Both the position numbers and the translations under genes were made by a program. Shown here piece by piece: positions 1-6,717 of a DNA stretch of 20,000 nt. Below the pieces are notes generated by a model that did no database searches, was not told the DNA's origin, and saw only the letters and a program-made list of their open reading frames with translations. Source of the DNA: an uncultured Acidimicrobiales bacterium (GTDB taxonomy: Bacteria; Actinomycetota; Acidimicrobiia; Acidimicrobiales; UBA10347); the NCBI GenBank assembly GCA_943788915.1, contig CALSSD010000010.1, forward strand, positions 801,454 through 821,453, written 5' to 3'. Numbering within the stretch: the stretch's first letter is position 1; each line of letters opens with the position of its first letter.

Positions 1-73
1 AGTGTTGTTCAGCGGCAGGCCGAGGCAGGTGCAGATTGTGGTTGTCAACTAGCGGGAAACGTGGTTCTCCTTT

Positions 74-120
74 GACAAGACTGGCAAGCCTGTGTGCGGC
101 CTTGTTGCTGCCGTCTTGTC
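74..120 (+). terminator. Putative hairpin/terminator upstream of nadD
   Basis: GACAAGAC (74-81) is the exact reverse complement of GTCTTGTC (113-120), with an inner GGCA/TGCC pairing. It follows a possible in-frame TAG at 50-52. No U-tract. Confidence 0.3.
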
Positions 121-273
121 GGGGGGATTTGAAATTGTCGTATCCTGATCGGATTCGGTGCAAGTTCTATTAGCGATTTGATACAGTAGTACAGCTTGCC
201 CTAGGTAATCCAGCATCTTTTTGGCTTTTTACGTGATTCTTCTCCATTTGGGTAGCTATTTGGCCGAGAAAGC

Positions 274-885
274 GTGTTCCGCGTGACTCGGATTGGCATT
301 TTCGGCGGAACATTCGACCCGATTCACGTTGGGCACCTCGCCGTGGCCAGCGCTGCGGCCCACGGTTTGCGGCTTGATCAGGTCCTTTTCGTGGTCGCTC
401 ACCAACCGTGGCAAAAGGTTGGCACTCGCCAGATTACTGATTCTGCTCTGCGGCTCGCCATGGTTGTTGCAGCCACGAATGATCGCGACGACCTCATTGC
501 TTCGTCGCTCGAAATCGATCGTGGCGGATCGTCGTACACGGTTGATACCGTCGAAGAGCTGCGGGCGTTGCATCCCGACGCTGAGCTAGTTCTTGTCGTC
601 GGCAGCGATGTCGTTGCTGATCTGGCTACCTGGCATCGGCACGACGAGCTGCGCGACATGGTTACCGTTGGAGTCGTCGATCGCCCTGGCGATCTTGGGT
701 CAGAAGCCCCGCCTGGCTGGACAGTGGAGCGAATTGCGGCACCACTGGTCGATTTATCGAGTTCACTACTTCGGGAACGTCTCGCCGCTGGCGAACCCGT
801 TGACTATCTTGTGCCCCGTTCGGCGCTAGACATCTATGAGCAGTGGCATACCAATGCACCTGCCGCCGAAGAAGGTTCCCCGTGA
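274..885 (+). CDS. nadD: Nicotinate-nucleotide adenylyltransferase
   Basis: RIGIFGGTFDPIHVGHL (HxGH), PWQK, EIDRGGSSYTVDT, VVGSD and LSSSLLRERL motifs. Start is GTG 274 or GTG 283. Confidence 0.96.
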   Translation: MFRVTRIGIFGGTFDPIHVGHLAVASAAAHGLRLDQVLFVVAHQPWQKVGTRQITDSALRLAMVVAATNDRDDLIASSLEIDRGGSSYTVDTVEELRALHPDAELVLVVGSDVVADLATWHRHDELRDMVTVGVVDRPGDLGSEAPPGWTVERIAAPLVDLSSSLLRERLAAGEPVDYLVPRSALDIYEQWHTNAPAAEEGSP

Positions 886-1307
886 GTACTGAATCAAGCG
901 CCCCCGCACACATGATCGACCCCGTGGTCGCATCCTTGGCCGCAGCAGAAGCCCCATGGGCAGCAGTTGCTGCAGCTGCGGCCGAATCAAAACTGGGGAC
1001 GGCAACCCTGGTGCTCGATGTCGGCGATGCAATCGCGGTCACTGAATATTTCGTGATCACGAACGGCAATAATTCCCGTCAGGTCAAGGCAATCGTGAAC
1101 GAAGTCGAACATCAGGTCAAACTGGTCGGTGGCCCAAAGCCGATTCGCCTCGAAGGCCAACAAGGGATGGATTGGGTCCTGATGGACTACGGCGACTTCG
1201 TCGTCCACGTCTTTTCCGAAGAAGCCCGTGGCTTCTACCAACTCGAGCGCCTGTGGAAAGACTGCGACCAACTCGACTGGCAAGCGCTGGCCGAAACCGC
1301 AGGCTGA
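882..1307 (+). CDS. rsfS: Ribosome silencing factor (Iojap family)
   Basis: YFVITNGNNSRQVKAIV, EG, WVLMDYGDFVVHVF and RGFYQLERLW motifs. GTG 882 overlaps the nadD TGA (GTGA coupling); alternative start ATG 912. nadD-rsfS adjacency is conventional. Confidence 0.95.
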   Translation: MSTESSAPAHMIDPVVASLAAAEAPWAAVAAAAAESKLGTATLVLDVGDAIAVTEYFVITNGNNSRQVKAIVNEVEHQVKLVGGPKPIRLEGQQGMDWVLMDYGDFVVHVFSEEARGFYQLERLWKDCDQLDWQALAETAG

Positions 1308-1321
1308 ACGACCCAGCTGTT

Positions 1322-1346
1322 TGACCTGATCTGATCTGATCTGAAC
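1322..1346. repeat. 5-bp tandem repeat TGACC-TGATC-TGATC-TGATC-TGAAC
   Basis: Read directly. It is enclosed by CCCAGC (1312-1317) and GCTGGG (1349-1354), just after the rsfS stop. Confidence 0.7.
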
Positions 1347-1736
1347 TGGCTGGGCCGGCTGAGTGGAGCTTTCTGGGTGCGTCAGCTGATGCTTTGACCA
1401 AGAATGTGTCGCGTTGGGGGCGCACAGGTGACAGCCCGGCGCAAGGTTCGGGCGACAACCCGTCGCATGATGAATGATCGCGATATATCGAGCTACACGA
1501 TCGTGCTGGCCGCATGCTGACTCGGTCGCTCCATGGCTTCTCGATAGTTGGCGCAGGTCGGGCGCATCCATCGGTGGTGGCATCGGCGTCGGCCTTGCCG
1601 GCGCCGTAGTTCCCAACAATCGCAGTCCTGCGCATAGGGCAGGACTTGGGTTCGTTCGGGTAATGAAGCGGTTCAGATCATCCAGAACTGCGCTTTTCCG
1701 GGCAGGCGGCAAGTGGGCGTAAAGCGTCTTACTGGG

Positions 1737-1764
1737 CTCTTGCCCAACTCTTGCACACTCCTGC
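1737..1764 (+). promoter_or_regulatory. Triple direct repeat CTC(T/C)TGC, candidate regulator binding site
   Basis: CTCTTGC at 1737 and 1748 and CTCCTGC at 1758 (11 and 10 bp periods), about 110-140 bp upstream of ATG 1876. Confidence 0.4.
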
Positions 1765-1875
1765 TCGGGTCTTCAGACGACCTTGCAAGAGGGGGCCCAG
1801 AGTGGTGGTTGTCGTCGCAGCAGCGGGGACAGATACAGAAACAATCACCACCAGCTCAAAGAAAGAAAAAGAACC

Positions 1876-2370
1876 ATGAACAAGGCAATCGCATCAGGTC
1901 TCATCGGATTGATCGCACTGGGCGGCGGTGTCGCAATCGCCGCTCCGAGTGCATTCGCCCAAGACACTGATGATCTCACTCGTGAACAGCGCATCGAGAT
2001 GCGCCAAGAATCTCGAGCAGAACGTCGGTCCGAGACAGTCGACACACTCACCAGTGTGCTGGGTGTGTCAGACGAAGACCTGCAGGCCGCCCGTGATGCC
2101 GGCCAGACCGTGGCCGATATCGCCGCCGCACAAGGTGTTGACCTCCAGACGGTGATCGATGCATTGGTGGACAATGCCCAGGCTCGCCTCGATACCAAGA
2201 TCGCTGCAGGCGACATTGATGCCGAGCGGGCAGCAGAGATCAGTGCATCGATCGAGGATCGTGTCACGGCACGGGTCAACGGTGAACGTCCTGAAGGCCG
2301 CAGTCATCACGGAGGTCGCCACGGAGGTCTCCGTGGTGGCTCAACGCCCAAGGCTGCTCCTGCCGCATAA
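1876..2370 (+). CDS. Secreted hypothetical protein (Sec signal peptide, helical)
   Basis: MNKAIASGLIGLIALGGGVAIAAPSAFA|QD has n-, h- and AFA c-regions. The mature part is helical (GQTVADIAAAQGVDLQTVIDALV) with a Gly/His/Arg-rich tail. An A-rich GAAAG leader precedes ATG 1876. GC-rich third codon positions. Confidence 0.85.
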   Translation: MNKAIASGLIGLIALGGGVAIAAPSAFAQDTDDLTREQRIEMRQESRAERRSETVDTLTSVLGVSDEDLQAARDAGQTVADIAAAQGVDLQTVIDALVDNAQARLDTKIAAGDIDAERAAEISASIEDRVTARVNGERPEGRSHHGGRHGGLRGGSTPKAAPAA

Positions 2371-2416
2371 CCCGGTGGTACGAGGACCTGCCACTGGATG
2401 AATCGGTTGCATTGAC

Positions 2417-2460
2417 CACAGACTGTGCACATGACACGTCATGTGCACAGTCTGTGTTTT
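2417..2460. terminator. Perfect 19-bp inverted repeat plus TTTT between convergent genes
   Basis: CACAGACTGTGCACATGAC (2417-2435), AC, GTCATGTGCACAGTCTGTG (2438-2456), then TTTT (2457-2460). Confidence 0.8.
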
Positions 2461-2473
2461 CTCATGGTGATCG

Positions 2474-3772
2474 TCATTCTCGCTGCGGTGGCGGGTGTTG
2501 GGGTCGTGCCGGTGGAATCTCGTGGGGGAGTGCTGACCTGGTTTTCCAGTGGCGGCTGGCCGGGTCTTGGTAGAGGGTGTGGTGGTCGGCGTGGAGTTTG
2601 GTGTGGCACAGGGTGCACAGGAGTGCAAGTTCGTTGATATTGGTTTTGCCTTTGGCCGGCGCGTTCCAGGGGATTCGGTGGTGTGCGTCGCATTGTGATG
2701 GTGGGGTGCCGCACAGGACACAGCCTCGGTCTCGTAGGACGAGTGCGAGGTACTGGGCTGAGGACGCGTGGCGCTGCATGCGTGCGAGCCAGAGGGGTTC
2801 GCCGTTGGCGTCAAAGAGCGCAGCGATGATGTCGGCGTATTCGGCGTAGCCGGCCAGTACTGATTGGGGGATGACGCCGAGTCCGATCTGCCGGGCGACT
2901 TGTGCAGGGTCGTTGCCGATGAATTCGTCGAGGGTCATGGTTATGACGACTCGAGGCCGGGCAAGCCGGTTGGTGGGTTTGTTGGCTGGTGTTGGCGAGT
3001 CGGGTTCTGGGGTGGGGCTGCCGTCGGGGCGGATGGTGACGCCGCAGATGAGTTCGTAGGCGGCGTCGTATTCGCGTTGGGCTCGGGTTCGGGGGTGCTT
3101 TGATGTGGGTAGGTCGCGTCCGCCGTCGCGTTTGTAGATTTGTTTGGATCGGGCGGCGATGGCTTCGTTGACTGCCCGTTGGGAGACGCTGTCGCCTTCG
3201 AGTGTGGTGACGCCGAGTCCAGTTTTCTTCGAGTTATAGGATTGGGTACGGCGGAGCGCTCGTTGGCGGTCGTGTTCGGTTTGGGTTCCGTCGACGGAGG
3301 CTCGGGCTGCGAGCCAGTCGTCTTTGATAGATCGGCCTTTGTCTGGGTCCGCTGCTGCGATATCGGCGATCAAGGTTTCGTCGACAGCTCCGGCCCCGTT
3401 GGATTTCGCCGATGCGTCGGCGATGAGATCGAGTTGTTCTTCGGAGAGTTCGTCGTTGGCCAGTTTGTCGCCGAGCGACGCGTTTCGGCCGACGGCTTTG
3501 GCCCGATTGACGATGCGTCGTTTGGTATTTCGCGAAGCCTTGGAGTTGGCGAGCAGTTTCTCGGCGTCTCGGGTGTTGCCATCGCTGTGAATGTGATCGG
3601 CAATTACCTGGTGTTTGAGCCCGGCTAGTCGTTGTTGTGCTCGTTCCAGCTCGACGACAGCTTCGGTCGGGCCAAGCGTGGCAACGGCGACGGTGATGGT
3701 TTCGAGGCCAGCATTGATGGTGGCGACAGCGCTGGATCGGAATCCGGTGTTGATGTCGAAGACTGCGGCCAT
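2474..3772 (-). CDS. DUF222 (13E12-repeat-like) protein with C-terminal HNH endonuclease
   Basis: RTRAQREYDAAYEL, GEPLWLARMQRHASSAQYLALVLRDRGC, and CxxC...HH...LALLCxxCH. ATG 3772 is chosen over TTG 3835 because it lies 7 nt after a promoter -10 element. Confidence 0.88.
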   Translation of the reverse strand: MAAVFDINTGFRSSAVATINAGLETITVAVATLGPTEAVVELERAQQRLAGLKHQVIADHIHSDGNTRDAEKLLANSKASRNTKRRIVNRAKAVGRNASLGDKLANDELSEEQLDLIADASAKSNGAGAVDETLIADIAAADPDKGRSIKDDWLAARASVDGTQTEHDRQRALRRTQSYNSKKTGLGVTTLEGDSVSQRAVNEAIAARSKQIYKRDGGRDLPTSKHPRTRAQREYDAAYELICGVTIRPDGSPTPEPDSPTPANKPTNRLARPRVVITMTLDEFIGNDPAQVARQIGLGVIPQSVLAGYAEYADIIAALFDANGEPLWLARMQRHASSAQYLALVLRDRGCVLCGTPPSQCDAHHRIPWNAPAKGKTNINELALLCTLCHTKLHADHHTLYQDPASRHWKTRSALPHEIPPARPQHPPPQRE

Positions 3773-3779
3773 GTGTTCT

Positions 3780-3802
3780 ACTTTGACACAGGGGTCTGAC
3801 AA
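3780..3802 (-). promoter_or_regulatory. PafBC/RecA-NDp-type DNA-damage promoter, leaderless
   Basis: Minus strand reads TTGTCAG-ACCCCTGTGT(10 nt)-CAAAGT-AGAACAC-ATG. This matches actinobacterial TGTCRG-N10-TAnnnT with one mismatch, at the first base of the -10. Confidence 0.7.
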
Positions 3803-3827
3803 TTTGGCCACAAATCCGACCTCGAAA

Positions 3828-3843
3828 ACGAACAAATGTTCGA
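3828..3843. promoter_or_regulatory. LexA (SOS) box
   Basis: ACGAAC-AAAT-GTTCGA matches the actinobacterial consensus TCGAAC-N4-GTTCGA at 11 of 12 positions. It lies about 55 bp upstream of the DUF222-HNH start. Confidence 0.78.
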
Positions 3844-3949
3844 ATCACCTAAATTGGGTAAATTAATTGATAGCCGGCAGCTCACAGTCATGGCCCGGTG
3901 CGTTATCCCGGATAGCTCCTAGATGTGCGCCGCTGATCAGCGAGGTCGA

Positions 3950-4741
3950 TCAGAGACTGCGGCGGAAACCGACGAGCTGAATGGCGGCGTCTTTGAGGAA
4001 GCGCAGCAGCTTTTTGGGGATCAGGAGATCCTTGGCATCGCCCCAGGTGGTGCCGACCTCGGTGTCGCCACGGCGTGGGCGATGTTGCACAGGGATCTCA
4101 ACATGGCGGTGGCCGCTGCGGTCTTCGAGGACGGTCATGAGCACGTGGGGTGTGAGCGAGTCAGCGGGTACTTGATCGAGAATGGCTGGCAGGATGTCGG
4201 CCCGGTACAGCCGGAACGGGCAGTTGATATCGCGTCGGTTCACCTTGAATGCAGTGCGTAGCGCCAACGGAAGCGCTCCAGTAACAACTTTGCGGTACCA
4301 GGGATCGAAGCGAATTTCGCGTTCGCCGGTCACGATGGCGGCGCCGGCTTCGGCGTGGCGGAAGAGCAGCTCTATGTCTTCGGCTTCGAACTGGCCGTCG
4401 CCGTCGACTTGCAAGATCCATTCGGCGCCGGTCTGCAACGCTCGCCGGTAGGCATTGAGCACCGTTGGCCCATGCCCAGAGTTGACCTGGTTGGTCTCGG
4501 CAATCAACGTGCCGGCGAGTTGTGAGTCCACTGACTTGAGCACCTCGGCGGTGTCGTCGGTCGATACATCGTTCACCACGACAAACCAGTGCTGACCGCT
4601 GCATGCATCGAGAACGGCGTCCATGTCGGTAAGAAATCCGGCTATGCCGTCGGCCTCGTTGTAGGCGGGAATGGCGAGCGCAACCGAAGACACCCTGCCT
4701 GCTCCGGCCGGTGGCTGAAATGAGTTGGGTTGGCTGGTCAC
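3950..4741 (-). CDS. Glycosyltransferase family 2 (DPM1/GtrB-like)
   Basis: IPAYNEA, VVNDVSTDDT, NSGHG, QVDGDGQF (DxD) and DINCPFRLY. GTG 4741 is preceded by AAGGA. Confidence 0.9.
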   Translation of the reverse strand: MTSQPNSFQPPAGAGRVSSVALAIPAYNEADGIAGFLTDMDAVLDACSGQHWFVVVNDVSTDDTAEVLKSVDSQLAGTLIAETNQVNSGHGPTVLNAYRRALQTGAEWILQVDGDGQFEAEDIELLFRHAEAGAAIVTGEREIRFDPWYRKVVTGALPLALRTAFKVNRRDINCPFRLYRADILPAILDQVPADSLTPHVLMTVLEDRSGHRHVEIPVQHRPRRGDTEVGTTWGDAKDLLIPKKLLRFLKDAAIQLVGFRRSL

Positions 4742-4966
4742 ATCAACATCCTTGTTGCAGCAGCACCAACGTCCTTGTTGCGTCAGCGCTGTGATTCTGG
4801 TGGGTGACGCCGTGAAATACAAGACGATCACTCGACGGTAGGGCATGAGAACTGGCTACAACATTCGGCTTCGACCCGTCCGCAAGAAAAGTGACGAATA
4901 TCAACCCAAAAGGACCCCGCATACCGGCTATGGTGTGCTGCTGCAACGGGCTTCGGCCCAGCGCAA

Positions 4967-5041
4967 GCGTCCGTGCCCGAGCGGCCCAAGGGAACGGCCT
5001 GCAAAGCCGTACAGTCATCGGTTCAAATCCGATCGGGCGCT
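4967..5041 (+). tRNA. tRNA-Cys (GCA)
   Basis: Acceptor GCGTCCG/CGGGCGC, anticodon arm ACGGC-CTGCAAA-GCCGT, T arm ATCGG-TTCAAAT-CCGAT, discriminator U. CCA is not encoded. A -10-like TATGGT lies at 4929-4934. Confidence 0.95.
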
Positions 5042-5049
5042 CTGGGTTA

Positions 5050-5090
5050 TATTTGGCCGCTCCGAGGTTGTTTCGAGGAGCGGCTAAATG
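5050..5090 (+). promoter_or_regulatory. Hairpin after tRNA-Cys overlapping the RBS and start codon of the next gene
   Basis: ATTTGGCCGCTCC (5051-5063) pairs with GGAGCGGCTAAAT (5077-5089), 13 bp including one G-U. Confidence 0.6.
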
Positions 5091-6173
5091 TCCAACACCC
5101 CAACACATGGCAGCGACGTCCAAGAGACGCCCGATTGGTGGAAGGCGTCCGACGGGCGTTTCTATCCGCCGGAGTTGCACCCTGATTATGTGAAATCTGC
5201 CGAGCCAGACCCGGCTGTGTCGGCTGCGGTTGCCCCCAAATCGTCGCTTGCTGACCGGCTCCGGGCCGAGGCAGACCGTGTCGGCGACGAAGCGTCGGCC
5301 GCTGCCGATGCTGGCGTGGGCTCCCTGGGAGGTACTCCCGAAGCCATGAGCGATGCCAAGAGCACCATCGACGGCGCCCCAGCAAGTGCTGCCGCCGCTA
5401 CAAGCGGCGGGGTGGCAGACGGTATGCCGCTCACACCCGACTCCATCGACCCTAGGGCCACGATTGCGCAGGGGCTGCCGGCAGCCTCTGGCGGAGCGAC
5501 GGTCATTCAACGGCCGGGCATTCCGCCATCACCGGGGGCACCTCCAACGAGCCCTCCGAGCATGCCGCCGATGCCGTCTGCGTCGAGCGGTATGCCGCCA
5601 GCGCCTGGTGCGCCTCCATCGGCAATGCCTGAGCAGGGGCCCGGAGGCATTACGTATACGGCAGTGTCTCCACCGTTGAACTTCCAAACGCCGGTAGCGC
5701 CGGCGGCCCCAGCGGCCAAGGCGTCGAGCGGAACGTCTGGCCTTATGGCTCTCGTGGCTGGTGCGGCGGCAATTGCTGGAAGCCTGTTGCAGTGGGGCAA
5801 GGGTTCTGTTGTCGGGAGTAATGGCGCAGAGAGAGCCATTATCGAAGTACCTGGTTTCGATTCGAGTGGCCTGATCACCGCCATCGCTGGTGGTGTGCTG
5901 ATCCTGGCTGGCATCTTGTTCTTCATGGGTGTGCCGAAGCAGCTCAACTGGGCGATCCTGGCTTTCCTCGGTGGAGCCGTAATCGTCGGCGCTGTCGTGT
6001 TCAGCATGATCGACATCGGTGATCTCAGTAATCGTTACGCAGCGCAATGGCAGGCCCAAGGACTCGCTCAGGCGGGTGATGTGATCAGTACCAGCGGCGA
6101 TATCGGACTCTGGATTACCGGCGCCGGTGGTGTCCTTGGCATTCTGGCGGCGCCATTTGTGAACCGAAGCTGA
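5088..6173 (+). CDS. Hypothetical membrane protein, Pro/Ala-rich N-terminus and about 4 C-terminal TM helices
   Basis: GAGGAG RBS. N-terminal WWKASDGRFYPPELHP motif, a long low-complexity linker and four hydrophobic segments. Confidence 0.85.
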   Translation: MSNTPTHGSDVQETPDWWKASDGRFYPPELHPDYVKSAEPDPAVSAAVAPKSSLADRLRAEADRVGDEASAAADAGVGSLGGTPEAMSDAKSTIDGAPASAAAATSGGVADGMPLTPDSIDPRATIAQGLPAASGGATVIQRPGIPPSPGAPPTSPPSMPPMPSASSGMPPAPGAPPSAMPEQGPGGITYTAVSPPLNFQTPVAPAAPAAKASSGTSGLMALVAGAAAIAGSLLQWGKGSVVGSNGAERAIIEVPGFDSSGLITAIAGGVLILAGILFFMGVPKQLNWAILAFLGGAVIVGAVVFSMIDIGDLSNRYAAQWQAQGLAQAGDVISTSGDIGLWITGAGGVLGILAAPFVNRS

Positions 6174-6252
6174 CATCTTCGACAAACAATCAATTTCGAG
6201 TGCACCAATTGGGGTGGGCAGCGATGATTTTCTGCTAACATCATGCGCTCTG

Positions 6253-6326
6253 GCGCCATTAGCTCAGTTGGCTAGAGCACCTGCATGACGCGCAGGGGGT
6301 CGGGGGTTCAAGTCCCTCATGGCGCA
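6253..6326 (+). tRNA. tRNA-Val (GAC)
   Basis: Acceptor GCGCCAT/ATGGCGC, D arm GCTC/GAGC, anticodon arm CCTGC-ATGACGC-GCAGG, T arm GGGGG-TTCAAGT-CCCTC, discriminator A. CCA is not encoded. Extended -10 TGcTAACAT at 6233-6241. Confidence 0.95.
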
Positions 6327-6340
6327 CTCAAAAATCGTTG

Positions 6341-6380
6341 GAAAGTGGCGGTTCTCGACTGTTCGAGAGCCGCCAGTTTC
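6341..6380 (+). terminator. Intrinsic terminator after tRNA-Val
   Basis: GAAAgTGGCGGTTCTCGA-ctgt-TCGAGAGCCGCCAgTTTC stem-loop. Confidence 0.75.
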
Positions 6381-6717
6381 GCGATTTGAGGCACGCGGGG
6401 CCAAACGGGATTTGTTTGCCGGGTTAAACGTGAGACGCCTGTTATCCCTCAGCGCCGGATGGTGGCAGAGGTGCGGTCTCAGAGCGTCATCGCCGCTTCT
6501 AGCAGTATCTCAGTTACGTCTCTACCCAGGTCGAGGTTCGCTCTACTCGCGGAGTTATGCGACTTTGAGCTGGTGGGTGGGTGTCCAGTTTTGTTGTTTT
6601 GGGGGTGGTGGAGGGGATGTGTCGGACGTCTCAGCTGAAGTGTGTCTGGGGCGACAGTTCGGGGGGTGGTGTTCAGTCATTATTTGATGCACACCTCCTC
6701 TACGAAAGAAGAAAACC

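Noticed and set aside
2..52. Possible 3' end of an upstream CDS (VLFSGRPRQVQIVVVN*)
   Set aside because: Too short to support or identify.
6283..6295. tRNA-Val anticodon loop ATGACGC with A32 and G37
   Set aside because: Slightly atypical, but the cloverleaf and the Val identity elements (A35, C36, A73) are intact, so there is no basis for claiming recoding.
6390..6430. GGGGCCAAACGGG... as a tmRNA 5' end or c-di-GMP-I riboswitch
   Set aside because: Lacks TTCGAC and a tRNA-like 3' end, and lacks the GAAA tetraloop and GACGCAAA core.
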